A DNA stretch of 64,000 nt from Escherichia phage EP02SG, in sequence record PQ301181. One strand, 5' to 3'. The first letter of the stretch is position 1. Every line of letters begins with the position of its first letter. The notes beneath the pieces are model-generated. The model was not told the DNA's origin. It did no database searches and saw only the letters and a program-made list of their open reading frames with translations. Of the stretch, positions 50,381-59,841 are shown piece by piece. A program made the position numbers and the translations under genes.

Positions 50381-50989
50381 TCAGTAACCAACAATAGACA
50401 GATTCCAGATTGTATAACGTCCATCTTGAATAATAGAATCTACACGCAGTGTAGTCCCTATAGGGAGCATAAATTCACATTCGTCAGATATAAGTCTAGC
50501 ATTAGACCGTCTTGTCGCTTCAGGGAAAGCTCCATTGAACTCGCAAGATGGTGCAGCCAGAATCATATTAAGCATATGTTCACGGAAGTTGAAAGCAAAT
50601 GGTGCATCTTTGATGCAGAACATATTAAATGTTCCATAAAAATTATATGAAGCGAAGTTACGTGCTACACCAAACACCGGACTGAAGCTCATTACTCTGT
50701 CAAATTTAATAATACTACCAATGCCTTTATCATCAAGTGTGGCCATAGTTTTCTTAGAGATTCCACGATACATTGTCTCAGGAACAGAAGACGACCAATT
50801 TCTACGAACAATTGCACTTAAATCTTGTTGGATGCTGTCTGGCTTGTTTTCCATACATTGCCACAGTACACTTTGTTCAATGTCGCTGAATTGACTATCA
50901 ATTTCGTACTGCAATACATCTTGATATTCGGGGTTTTGAGCACGACGAACCATTTCTTCAATTTCACACTCGTTATACGGCATAAACAT
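50381..50989 (-). CDS. modA: putative mono-ADP-ribosyltransferase (ModA/ModB-like)
   Basis: 202 aa (T4 ModA 200); candidate R-S-ExE elements (YRG, SFS, ECE); position after dda/srd. Confidence 0.55.
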   Translation of the reverse strand: MFMPYNECEIEEMVRRAQNPEYQDVLQYEIDSQFSDIEQSVLWQCMENKPDSIQQDLSAIVRRNWSSSVPETMYRGISKKTMATLDDKGIGSIIKFDRVMSFSPVFGVARNFASYNFYGTFNMFCIKDAPFAFNFREHMLNMILAAPSCEFNGAFPEATRRSNARLISDECEFMLPIGTTLRVDSIIQDGRYTIWNLSIVGY

Positions 50990-51336
50990 TTAGGTTTCTC
51001 CTGTGGTTGATAAAAGTATAGTATCATCGTCAGTAGAGTTTGTACACTAAAAATTCAACATTTTCAAATGAATGATTTTGTTAGGTATTCGCGTTCTTGA
51101 AGTTCAGATTGACATGTCATGATAGACCTCCATTTAAAGATAAGCCTATCATAACACGAGAGGAGGGAATGTAAACTACTTTTTAAGCTTTCCTACTAAA
51201 GGTCCATCAGGTCCAGGTTGTTCTAACATGAATAATGATGCTTTAAAAAGCAATGCCAACCCTTTCACCATTCGATACCATGTCTCAAAGTCTTTTTCCT
51301 TGATTTCTAGTAAGAATTTCTCTTTCAATTTCTCTT

Positions 51337-51525
51337 TCATTTCCAAGGACTCCATGGTGGAGGGTCGTCATAATAAGATGCAAGGTCTTTCAGGGCTTCA
51401 ACAGGTAAACTAAAGCCGTGTCGTTGTATAATACTATCTAGTTCATCAATAAGTTCACTACGATGCACTTTAGGAGCCTCAACTTCAGGCTCGTCAAACA
51501 TACTCATAAGGTCCATATTATTCAC
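51337..51525 (-). CDS. hypothetical acidic protein (62 aa)
   Basis: ORF track. Confidence 0.4.
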   Translation of the reverse strand: MNNMDLMSMFDEPEVEAPKVHRSELIDELDSIIQRHGFSLPVEALKDLASYYDDPPPWSPWK

Positions 51526-51982
51526 CTAGATAAAAACTAGCAGGTTCAGAGAATGTTTCTAGCGCTACACCTTTTGTCTTAAAAAATTTCCAAATAGCTC
51601 GTTGCAAATGGACTAAATCTGCTAATGATGTAATAAAGTATTTTTTGGCAAAATACTTATGGTCTCGCTTTTCAAACAAGTCTAAACGCTTTTCAGGATT
51701 CACATAAACTGCATTTTCCGTAGATTCATAACCTAAGTCCTTTATGCCTTCTTCAAGACTAAACGGAGAATTTTTAGAACGAGTAATAGCTCCAACTCGC
51801 TCTACACGAATTTTGTAACCTTTAGGAATCTGCAATTTGCAGAATTCTTCTACGATATATTGCGGATTATTTAGACTTTTGTTAATTAGAATAGCTATTT
51901 CTAGTGGAGTCTTATCTTCCACTGGTATATGTTTAAATGACTTGGCTTCAAGCAAATACATTTTAAATAGCATAGCATCCAT
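51518..51982 (-). CDS. hypothetical protein (154 aa)
   Basis: ORF track. Confidence 0.5.
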   Translation of the reverse strand: MDAMLFKMYLLEAKSFKHIPVEDKTPLEIAILINKSLNNPQYIVEEFCKLQIPKGYKIRVERVGAITRSKNSPFSLEEGIKDLGYESTENAVYVNPEKRLDLFEKRDHKYFAKKYFITSLADLVHLQRAIWKFFKTKGVALETFSEPASFYLGE

Positions 51983-52016
51983 TATAATTTCCTCGATGGT
52001 TCACCCATATAAAGTT

Positions 52017-52277
52017 TTACAATACGTATGAATGATTATAATCGGAAGAGCTTGAAGCATTAACCTGTTTTGTTTTTGGATGAACAACTTCTTCCATCAT
52101 TCCGTCGCCGATATATTCCCAACTTTTTTCGTGTGTATCAGGAATAGGCACCATACCTTCGCCTGGTTTAACAGCAAACAACTTCTTCAGCATCGTAAGC
52201 ATTAATTGTTCCTCGAACAAAACGAACACCACCGTCATCCCAGCGGATTTCAGCATTAAATTTGACGTCTTCACCAT
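52017..52277 (-). CDS. hypothetical protein (86 aa)
   Basis: ORF track; overlaps next ORF in different frame, so one of the two may be spurious. Confidence 0.35.
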   Translation of the reverse strand: MVKTSNLMLKSAGMTVVFVLFEEQLMLTMLKKLFAVKPGEGMVPIPDTHEKSWEYIGDGMMEEVVHPKTKQVNASSSSDYNHSYVL

Positions 52278-52395
52278 CCATCATGAATGAGTGTACGACT
52301 ACATCATCATAATATCCAAGGCCGTATTTCAACGAAACTTCTTGAGCAATCAAAGCACCTAATGTGTTATTAGGTTTAATCCAACGATTTAACAT
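52168..52395 (-). CDS. hypothetical protein (about 75 aa)
   Basis: Track ORF 52168..52464 trimmed to ATG 52393-52395 with GAGGAGAA SD. Confidence 0.4.
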   Translation of the reverse strand: MLNRWIKPNNTLGALIAQEVSLKYGLGYYDDVVVHSFMMDGEDVKFNAEIRWDDGGVRFVRGTINAYDAEEVVCC

Positions 52396-52468
52396 ATTGT
52401 TCTCCTCTTGAGTAAGTAAGAATATCTTAACACAGTTTTTAGTGGTTGTAAACTGTAGAAACAAAAAA

Positions 52469-52488
52469 AGGAATCCCGAAGGATTCCT
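52469..52488 (-). terminator. stem-loop after soc
   Basis: aggaatcc cgaa ggattcct inverted repeat just after soc stop. Confidence 0.55.
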
Positions 52489-52496
52489 TAAATTAT

Positions 52497-52733
52497 TTAA
52501 CCGCTTACTGGTGTAGGGGTAAACATTGCAGCGTTCTTAGTTTTCCAATCAGCTGCATCAGAAACTACAGTAGAATATGCTGCCTTTTCTGACGGAAAGA
52601 TTTGATAATGAGAATCAGCAATCCGATGTTCGTTTGAATAAATCTCAAACGGCACAGAAACTTCCATACCTTTAACTTCTTTACCTTCACCAGCAGGATG
52701 CGTAAAGGTTTTGATGTTTACATAACCACCCAT
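52497..52733 (-). CDS. soc: small outer capsid protein Soc
   Basis: 78 aa; matches recalled T4 Soc (GYVNIKTF...YQ.FPSEKAAYSTV); late promoter TATAAATA at 52764-52771; hairpin downstream. Confidence 0.9.
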   Translation of the reverse strand: MGGYVNIKTFTHPAGEGKEVKGMEVSVPFEIYSNEHRIADSHYQIFPSEKAAYSTVVSDAADWKTKNAAMFTPTPVSG

Positions 52734-52735
52734 AA

Positions 52736-53056
52736 TTAACTCCTTTGTTGTTTAATTACAGGTGTATTTATAATGAATTTCTTCGGGACAATAAAATATC
52801 CGAATTTAGCTAATATAACAACATCACCGTTAATTATTACCGGAGAATAATCATCTGGAGTATTAAATTTCCAGTGGAGTCTAGTATTATATCCATCAGA
52901 GCCGAATGCTTTATTAGCCGGTCTCCCGGCTTTTTGCCATGCATAAAAATCAAGTTTCATTTGCAACCCAATCAACCATATGTAGATGGTCTGATAATTG
53001 ACTAACATGCTGAAGCTGATTAGATAGGAGCTTACAAATAAGCTCACTGTTATCAT
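52736..53056 (-). CDS. hypothetical protein (up to 106 aa; start uncertain)
   Basis: ORF track; hydrophobic N-terminal extension may not be translated. Confidence 0.4.
   Translation of the reverse strand: MITVSLFVSSYLISFSMLVNYQTIYIWLIGLQMKLDFYAWQKAGRPANKAFGSDGYNTRLHWKFNTPDDYSPVIINGDVVILAKFGYFIVPKKFIINTPVIKQQRS
52764..52771 (-). promoter_or_regulatory. late promoter TATAAATA for soc
   Basis: Exact TATAAATA on minus strand about 30 nt upstream of soc ATG. Confidence 0.55.
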
Positions 53057-53122
53057 TTTTAAATAGCTGGTCGATACGTTTCTTGTGGGCTTTCTTAAGC
53101 TGTCGTTTATTTAAACGAGCCA

Positions 53123-53644
53123 TTAGTAACCTCGGTCTTGGCGGGAGAAGTTTTCAGCATTCTTCAAGTAATACAGTTTAAAGATTTCTTCAGCGGAAAG
53201 TCCCAGACCTTGGAACATATTCAGAACAAAGTGGAGGATATCAATCATCTCGAATTTAATTTCAAGCTGGTCTTCAGGAGACAGTTCATCGATACGACGA
53301 TTTCGATATTCAGCATGTTGTGCTTTCCATGGCTTCCATACAGAGCTAGCGGCTTTTTCACCATTGCTCATACCACCAAGTGAAGTCAGCAGTTCACGGA
53401 ATTCATCATCAATATAATCTTTCTGATTACGCAGCCAATCAACAACATCGCCAGCAGTGGCTAATTCATCAGGATGTTTGTTATGTTCAGGCTTGTCATT
53501 TGCCAGACGAACCTGTAAAGATTTCTGCATATCAAGCATTACCTGCAGAGGGTCTTTATCTTCGTGAATCAGGGCATTAAAATAAGCTTCTTCTGCTTTA
53601 TCAACACCAGAAATAAGTTGTGAACATTCGTTAAAGTGCGCCAT
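53123..53644 (-). CDS. 56: dCTPase-dUTPase gp56
   Basis: Strong match to recalled T4 gp56 from MAHFNEC...; start at internal ATG rather than track start 53659. Confidence 0.9.
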   Translation of the reverse strand: MAHFNECSQLISGVDKAEEAYFNALIHEDKDPLQVMLDMQKSLQVRLANDKPEHNKHPDELATAGDVVDWLRNQKDYIDDEFRELLTSLGGMSNGEKAASSVWKPWKAQHAEYRNRRIDELSPEDQLEIKFEMIDILHFVLNMFQGLGLSAEEIFKLYYLKNAENFSRQDRGY

Positions 53645-53734
53645 TATTTTTCCTTTCAATTCAGTATAAGAGAAGTTAATTCTAACATTAATTTTATAAA
53701 GCGTAATAAATAATAAGGTAACTAAGGAGATATT

Positions 53735-53932
53735 ATGTTTAAACTTCCATCGTTAATCAACGCTATTAAAGGCAATAAAAAGAAAACTGCTATCGCTGCA
53801 ATAGTTGTAGGTGGCATTATTTCATGGAACTTCGGGATTGCACCATTGTTAGTTGCCCATGGTATTATAGTTCCTTCTGTTCCATTGGATACTGTAGTTG
53901 ACCTAGCCTTTGCTATTATAGGGCTTGTTTAA
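53735..53932 (+). CDS. small two-helix membrane protein (65 aa)
   Basis: Lone plus-strand ORF in a minus-strand block; AAGGAGA SD 7 nt upstream of ATG; two hydrophobic segments; convergent with gene 61 stop. Confidence 0.45.
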   Translation: MFKLPSLINAIKGNKKKTAIAAIVVGGIISWNFGIAPLLVAHGIIVPSVPLDTVVDLAFAIIGLV

Positions 53933-54951
53933 ATCTTCGAATAACGAGATAATCTCATTTTAGCATGCAACCCACTTGAAATATTCTGTTTCATATATTC
54001 TAAAATTTCTTGTGGTGTTGCATTTTCTTTCATTACCATATCATTCACATCCTTTGATCTCCATGGAGCTCGGTCCCAGAACATGACACGTTCGCCTGCA
54101 TCAACTAATCGCTTCATGCGAGCTATAGTATCCGGATGCCTAGGTTCATTATCCATTACCCATACCCGACGTTCTTTAAATGGTACCACATCTAAATCTA
54201 TTGAGCCGCCTGTAATAGCGATTGCATTGGGTATGAATAAACTATCAATAGGGCCTTCCATTACCCAGACGTCCCCTTCCTTAACACGTTCAACACCATA
54301 AATTTTTGTTGCAGACTCAAACGCTTTAATAGTGATATATTTCTGAGGAGCATCTTTACGAAGTGCACGTCCTTGGAATGACTCGGCCTTACCATCTTTA
54401 TTAAAAATAGGAATCACTAAACGTGGTTCGGGAATCTCTTTCTTATACGTACCAGGTTGAATCTTGTTGACCAATTTGGGCCATTCTAATGTGAACCATA
54501 ATCTGTTCCATGATTCTTTAGGAATACACCGAGACTTAACATATTTCACAATAGGATGCTCTTCAGGCAACTTGTCTAGACGAGAACAAGACGGCAAAGA
54601 ATTTATAGTCTTTTTCTCTGGCTCAGGCTTAGCTTCAGGAACCTTTTCAATCTTTGGTTCCATTCTAGCTTTTTCTTTACGAACTTCCATTAGATATTCG
54701 CGATAAAGCTCTTCATCATACTCTTTTAAGTATCCGGAAATTGTATTGTGGTATTGACAATTATAGCAATGTACATTACCAGGAGTACCGCCATAATACC
54801 ATCCACGAGCTTTCATTGCATCTGTCTGGGAGTCGCCACATACTGGACATCGAAATGTTAATTTAAATGTGCTTGAATTATTGATTTGTCTAAAACGAGG
54901 TAGGTGAGAAAACGCACGATAAGCAAATTCATTATCTATCCATTCAGCCAT
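53929..54951 (-). CDS. 61: DNA primase gp61
   Basis: 340 aa (T4 342); zinc ribbon CPVCGDS...CYNC then Toprim-like region. Confidence 0.9.
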   Translation of the reverse strand: MAEWIDNEFAYRAFSHLPRFRQINNSSTFKLTFRCPVCGDSQTDAMKARGWYYGGTPGNVHCYNCQYHNTISGYLKEYDEELYREYLMEVRKEKARMEPKIEKVPEAKPEPEKKTINSLPSCSRLDKLPEEHPIVKYVKSRCIPKESWNRLWFTLEWPKLVNKIQPGTYKKEIPEPRLVIPIFNKDGKAESFQGRALRKDAPQKYITIKAFESATKIYGVERVKEGDVWVMEGPIDSLFIPNAIAITGGSIDLDVVPFKERRVWVMDNEPRHPDTIARMKRLVDAGERVMFWDRAPWRSKDVNDMVMKENATPQEILEYMKQNISSGLHAKMRLSRYSKI

Positions 54952-54990
54952 AGTATTCTCCAGAGGCCTTAAATTAATAAGGCCATCATA

Positions 54991-55485
54991 TCACAACTTA
55001 TTAATATTTACTTTAATTCGCTTTCTTTTCTTGGAAGGAATTTGTTCTGGACCTTTATTTACGACTGCACCTGTAGTTGTTCCTGATGCAATAGCTTGAG
55101 GGCTGCCACCTGAATCACCAGCAACCATATCCTCAAATAAAGGGAGTTCTTTAAATATTTCTTTCTGTTGTTCTTCTGTAATGTTATAGCGGGATGCTAC
55201 AGCACTCCAGGCAGACATCATTGAGGCCATTCCATTAAGACCTGGAACAGTGCTCATCATTCGCTTCATTGAACGAACTGAAGCATGAAAAGGTGTATAA
55301 GCCGCTTTCTCTTCAGGAGTGGAAGGGCGTTTAAGAACACTTCCACGTTCATCGATGATTTTGGCTTCATACGCTTTCCATTCGGTAAAAGGTTTTTGCA
55401 TTAGTCGGATAAACTTATATGCGTAAACAGAATCTATTGCAGTGTTAATAATACCCATAGGTACCTCCTGAGTATATTTAATCAA
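54991..55485 (-). CDS. hypothetical protein (164 aa)
   Basis: ORF track; 61.x accessory region. Confidence 0.5.
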   Translation of the reverse strand: MIKYTQEVPMGIINTAIDSVYAYKFIRLMQKPFTEWKAYEAKIIDERGSVLKRPSTPEEKAAYTPFHASVRSMKRMMSTVPGLNGMASMMSAWSAVASRYNITEEQQKEIFKELPLFEDMVAGDSGGSPQAIASGTTTGAVVNKGPEQIPSKKRKRIKVNINKL

Positions 55486-55675
55486 TTACAAAGATTGCTT
55501 TGTCACCATTTATATCCGTGACTTCATATGTAGTGCCTTCATACTGTGGAATATTCCAAATTACACCATCATTAGCTTTTACGCTAATACGGCATTGGTG
55601 TTTTGAAACAACTTCATAATCTTCAAAACTTGTAAAAACACTAATTTTAGAACCAGTGCAAATTGCAGTAGTCAT
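55478..55675 (-). CDS. hypothetical protein (65 aa)
   Basis: ORF track. Confidence 0.45.
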   Translation of the reverse strand: MTTAICTGSKISVFTSFEDYEVVSKHQCRISVKANDGVIWNIPQYEGTTYEVTDINGDKAIFVID

Positions 55676-55676
55676 T

Positions 55677-56336
55677 TTAACCTCGATTCATAAATGCATT
55701 AAATATTTGGTCATCAACAGAAATTTCTAATTTGACTTCAATTGCTTCAGCCTTTTCTTCAGGTGGTAATTCGTATCCACACACTACAATTTTTTCATCG
55801 ATATCAAAATATACAGAAGCAATATGATTAATGTTATTTTCAGTTAAGTCTAAATCAACATCAACATCTTTTTGACCTACACTTAAAGGATAACTAATAC
55901 GGGTTATTTTATTATCTTTAACAAAGAGTCCACCGACATACTCTGTACTACGTTTGAAGTTTACACGTTTCCGAAATGAAAGATATGATGCATCTTTACC
56001 GTGAGCTCGGCTCATAGGACATAATGAATAGCTAGAATAAGAGATGTCAAATCCTACACCTTCAATATGAGCCAACGCGTCGTGATTAAACCAATTATAA
56101 TCATATGCCAAATCCATTATATTGTAATATGTGAAAGGCACCGGATTAACATCATACGTTGTACCTTTAAAATCTGCCCAGGCAACGATTTCGTTATCTT
56201 TAACAATTACAAAAATTACACCAATATGGTATCCGTTATTATTTTCATTCGGCGTTATATTATAACATTGTGCATTAGGAAATTTACCATATTTAAATGG
56301 CGCATTTTTGTGCATATAATAAATCATATTATTCAC
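55677..56336 (-). CDS. hypothetical protein (219 aa)
   Basis: ORF track; 61.x accessory region. Confidence 0.55.
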   Translation of the reverse strand: MNNMIYYMHKNAPFKYGKFPNAQCYNITPNENNNGYHIGVIFVIVKDNEIVAWADFKGTTYDVNPVPFTYYNIMDLAYDYNWFNHDALAHIEGVGFDISYSSYSLCPMSRAHGKDASYLSFRKRVNFKRSTEYVGGLFVKDNKITRISYPLSVGQKDVDVDLDLTENNINHIASVYFDIDEKIVVCGYELPPEEKAEAIEVKLEISVDDQIFNAFMNRG

Positions 56337-56622
56337 CTGTGATTTCGGTTACGATATCTTTGTTATCGAAATTAGGGTCACAATACAAAACATAATTGTA
56401 CTGCATGATACCACCGGACTTAAGTTGTTCAACAACTTTATTAACCATATTAGGACGGTCTCGTTTAGTGATGTTCATGATATCAGAGAAGATTTGTTGT
56501 TCAACATCTTCTTGATTTGCAGTCATTGACCACTCACAGAGGTCTTTATCATAACCTGCCGTAACTGGAGCTGGTGCACATGATACTGCGAGTAAGATTG
56601 CTGCCAATGATAACTTTTTCAT
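56329..56622 (-). CDS. sp: Spackle periplasmic protein (superinfection exclusion / lysozyme inhibitor)
   Basis: 97 aa with signal peptide; matches recalled T4 Sp (AGYDKDLCEWSMTA...GG.MQYNYVLYCD.NF.NK). Confidence 0.85.
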   Translation of the reverse strand: MKKLSLAAILLAVSCAPAPVTAGYDKDLCEWSMTANQEDVEQQIFSDIMNITKRDRPNMVNKVVEQLKSGGIMQYNYVLYCDPNFDNKDIVTEITGE

Positions 56623-56685
56623 TTTAACTCCTTAGTTGATTTGATAGGACTACTATACTATAGTCCATCTATAATGTAAACAAGT

Positions 56686-56934
56686 TTATTCTTTTTCGCG
56701 AATAATAATTACTTGTTGAGGCTGCTGAGCAGATTTCTTTTCGGCAACGATAGACCAAATTAAAGTTCCAATCCAACCAATCATCGTCCAGTTAAAGAGT
56801 AAAGATACAAAGAAGATTGCTGTTGTGCTTTTTGTGCCACGAATAAGTGCGATTACCCAAGGCAACATGTAAATGATGATTGAACCAATACCTGCGATTA
56901 AAACTGCTACTGAACTAGCTACGAATAATTCCAT
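56686..56934 (-). CDS. small integral membrane protein (82 aa)
   Basis: Two to three hydrophobic helices; promoter-like element 56961-56993. Confidence 0.5.
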   Translation of the reverse strand: MELFVASSVAVLIAGIGSIIIYMLPWVIALIRGTKSTTAIFFVSLLFNWTMIGWIGTLIWSIVAEKKSAQQPQQVIIIREKE

Positions 56935-56960
56935 GTTAATTTCCTCTTGATTTGTTATGT

Positions 56961-56993
56961 TTATAGTATCTTATTTTTAACTTTGGCGTAAAC
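56961..56993 (-). promoter_or_regulatory. T4-type early promoter
   Basis: ttatagtat ... gcgtaaacc upstream of ORF 56686..56934. Confidence 0.45.
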
Positions 56994-56996
56994 CAA

Positions 56997-57365
56997 TTAG
57001 TTAAATTTGTTTAAACGTTCAATACACTGGACGTAGTTATTTGCGATTTGTTTCTGGGTAGGCTCTTTACCAGTTGTTTCAACATAGCGAATGAATGCGA
57101 TTTCAGTAGCCTGTAAGCAATGTTCTTTAACGCGCTGTTCTTTTGACACAGCTACGGTATCAGAATCACGATAACGTTGAGCATGAGCATCAGCTTGAAT
57201 CATTCGATTACCTACAGTAACCGGGTCTTCCACTTCAACTTTAGGTTGGTCATACTGTTTAACATTCGGATTGTAAATCAGTTGGCCAACGTTATTAGGG
57301 ATAAAGCCATGGGCACCACATCCGGTTAATCCAAATACCATTGCTAAAGCGATTAATTTTTTCAT
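56997..57365 (-). CDS. putative lipoprotein (122 aa)
   Basis: Signal peptide with lipobox LTGC; promoter-like element 57393-57424. Confidence 0.55.
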   Translation of the reverse strand: MKKLIALAMVFGLTGCGAHGFIPNNVGQLIYNPNVKQYDQPKVEVEDPVTVGNRMIQADAHAQRYRDSDTVAVSKEQRVKEHCLQATEIAFIRYVETTGKEPTQKQIANNYVQCIERLNKFN

Positions 57366-57392
57366 TTCAATTTCCTCTGTAGTTGATAGAAA

Positions 57393-57424
57393 GATAGTAA
57401 CACAGTATGTGGTGCTTGTAAACA
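57393..57424 (-). promoter_or_regulatory. T4-type early promoter
   Basis: gatagtaac ... ttgtaaac upstream of lipoprotein ORF. Confidence 0.45.
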
Positions 57425-57435
57425 GTTATTTAAAA

Positions 57436-57645
57436 TTATTGAAAATCTGCTTCGAAAACTTTCTCGTCATTAACAAATGCTTTAACTAATGCGTTGTTCA
57501 CTTCAGCAAGTTGTACCGTAACCCACTCGATTTCTTCGCGATCACCTGATAACATGATATCTTTAGTGAACATCTCACCGCTTTTAAACCAACCGATAAA
57601 AGTAACTTTAGTTAATTTGTTCATATTTCCTCGCAAAATGCCCAT
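57436..57645 (-). CDS. hypothetical protein (69 aa)
   Basis: ORF track. Confidence 0.45.
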   Translation of the reverse strand: MGILRGNMNKLTKVTFIGWFKSGEMFTKDIMLSGDREEIEWVTVQLAEVNNALVKAFVNDEKVFEADFQ

Positions 57646-57938
57646 TCAGCGTGATAAACTGTAGCACCTTTAGTATTATTCATTTGAACTACGTCTACCG
57701 GAGAAATTACTCGATAGAGACGTGGTTCACCTCCATAAGAGCGTGCTGCTCGTCCTGCATAAATCTTTGCTAAACCGATATCTTCAGTAAAGAATACACG
57801 ATCCAAGTTTTTCTTACGTCCTGTTTCAGACAGAACTCCTGTTTCTTCAGGAGGACAAAGCATGTTTTCGATGTTAGCTGAACTACTTGAACCGTGATAA
57901 AAAATCTTAAATTCTGCTTTACAATCGATGGTTTTCAT
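57621..57938 (-). CDS. hypothetical protein (105 aa)
   Basis: ORF track; promoter-like element upstream. Confidence 0.5.
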   Translation of the reverse strand: MKTIDCKAEFKIFYHGSSSSANIENMLCPPEETGVLSETGRKKNLDRVFFTEDIGLAKIYAGRAARSYGGEPRLYRVISPVDVVQMNNTKGATVYHAEWAFCEEI

Positions 57939-58004
57939 TTTGTTCTCCTCTTGGTTGGTGTAAGTACATCATATCATGCCTAGAGGAAGATGTAAACCCC
58001 GAAA

Positions 58005-58020
58005 GGAGACCGAAGTCTCC
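58005..58020 (-). terminator. stem-loop GGAGAC-UUCG-GUCUCC after gene 41
   Basis: Shares core with 945-962 and 16762-16779. Confidence 0.5.
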
Positions 58021-58026
58021 TTTTTA

Positions 58027-59469
58027 TTAAAATTTTAACTCATTGGCTAAGCTATCTAGGTCAGCACGTGTTGCTTTGGCTTTACCTACGCGTTCCGTAC
58101 GATTCACCTCTGCCTGACGCATCTGAGCACCTGCGTTTTCATTTACTGTGTTAGGTGTGTTCATGCCTTCTTGCTCAATCTCAATCCATTTCTGGTTGCC
58201 TTTACGTACACCCATCAGGAATTTATTCCACTTATTCTTATCACCGTATCGTGATTTGATTTGTTTGATAAGTTGTTGTTCAGCTTGTGCAAGTTCTTCG
58301 GTTTCAATTACGGCCAACATGAAATCTGCCGTTGCTGGTAAACCTGCTGATTCTGCAATATCGCTCATGTTCATGTCCGAAGCATCCCATGCTGCGCGTC
58401 CTACTTGAGCGGCAGTCCATAGAACTGTTTCAGATTCTACTGCTAATGCACGAAGTTCTTCTGCGATAGCTTTAACTAATGTGTAGCTATTTTCAGTGTA
58501 AACTCTGATACGACAAGACCCACAAATACCTAAGTAATCAACCATGATTACAGATGGCACAAAGTTCTTCTTGAGTTTCAATTCATTAAGCAATGCACGG
58601 AATGTATTAGCATTAGCTCCACCAGTAGGATACTGTTTAACTACTAAACGTCCTAATGTGGATTTTGAACGCCATTTTTCCATCTTGGCTTTATATTCAG
58701 CATAAGATACGTTACCATCATCGATATCATCAAGTGATACGTCAAGCATGTTTGCATCTATACGCTTAGCACAAACTTCTTCAGCCATTTCCATAGAAAT
58801 ATAAAGAACATTATGGCCCGTTTGAAGATAATCTGCAGCAAGTGAACAAAGGCCTAAAGATTTACCAACGTTAACACCAGCCATTAAAACATTCAGTGTA
58901 CCGGTTTCTGCACCACCTTTAGTAATTTTATTTAGAATGTTTAATTTGAACGGGACCTTACGTGCTTTGTTCAGATAAGAAAGCCAGCGTGCTTCGTAGT
59001 CTTCCATCCAGTCATGTCCAACATAACTATCAAACGAAATTGAAAGTGCTTGACGCATAATATCAGGAATAGCTCCTACGTCAGGCATTTTCTTGTTACG
59101 TTGTTCTGGAGGTAGTTCAGCATTAGACTGAATCTCAATGATTTTGGATGTAGCATTATACATCGCTTTTTGCTGGACATATTTCTCAGTTTCTTTAACC
59201 AACCATTCATGGTCTTCAGGAGTATCAGCCAATTTTTCAATTAGGTCTGAAGTTCCTTTATATTCGGCTTCAGTTAAAGAACTGTTATCTAAAGCCACCT
59301 TTAATGCATTGATAGATGGCATTGCATTATATTCGTTAACGTGGCTCTTTATAATTTTAAAGACGTTTTTTGCCGGTCCACGCTCAAAATACTCAGAATC
59401 CATATAAGGCCAGACCTTAGAAAAATAAGCCTGGTCGTATACTAGATGAGACAAAATAATTTCTACCAC
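58027..59469 (-). CDS. 41: replicative DNA helicase gp41 (DnaB family)
   Basis: 480 aa (T4 475); Walker A GVNVGKS, RecA-like core; order 61...41-40-uvsX. Confidence 0.95.
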   Translation of the reverse strand: MVEIILSHLVYDQAYFSKVWPYMDSEYFERGPAKNVFKIIKSHVNEYNAMPSINALKVALDNSSLTEAEYKGTSDLIEKLADTPEDHEWLVKETEKYVQQKAMYNATSKIIEIQSNAELPPEQRNKKMPDVGAIPDIMRQALSISFDSYVGHDWMEDYEARWLSYLNKARKVPFKLNILNKITKGGAETGTLNVLMAGVNVGKSLGLCSLAADYLQTGHNVLYISMEMAEEVCAKRIDANMLDVSLDDIDDGNVSYAEYKAKMEKWRSKSTLGRLVVKQYPTGGANANTFRALLNELKLKKNFVPSVIMVDYLGICGSCRIRVYTENSYTLVKAIAEELRALAVESETVLWTAAQVGRAAWDASDMNMSDIAESAGLPATADFMLAVIETEELAQAEQQLIKQIKSRYGDKNKWNKFLMGVRKGNQKWIEIEQEGMNTPNTVNENAGAQMRQAEVNRTERVGKAKATRADLDSLANELKF

Positions 59470-59478
59470 GATAACTCC

Positions 59479-59841
59479 TTAAAAGAATTTAAATTTTTTC
59501 TTGGTCCGTTCATTAAAAGCTTGTTGTACTTGCATTGTAACACATTTTTCAACATGTGGTGCAAGTTCTGCTTTTCTGTCCTGGTCAAGAACTGCAAAGT
59601 CCATTACGATTTTACCATCAACCCAGTCTAGTTTTGTAATATAGACTATATGATGAGAACCATCTTCAAGTGTAATCAGAATCTCTTGAATGACATTTTC
59701 CATTGCTGAACGGATAATTTTAAGAGATTCATTAAACACTCGTTCTTTGCGAATGTCTTCCCCTTCCGAAGAAGGGGATTCATCAACGATTTCTAGATTT
59801 AAATCATCGAGATTATTCATCGAAATCTTCCATTTCGTCAA
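59479..59841 (-). CDS. 40: hypothetical protein at gene 40 position
   Basis: 120 aa (T4 gp40 114); positional call only. Confidence 0.45.
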   Translation of the reverse strand: MTKWKISMNNLDDLNLEIVDESPSSEGEDIRKERVFNESLKIIRSAMENVIQEILITLEDGSHHIVYITKLDWVDGKIVMDFAVLDQDRKAELAPHVEKCVTMQVQQAFNERTKKKFKFF

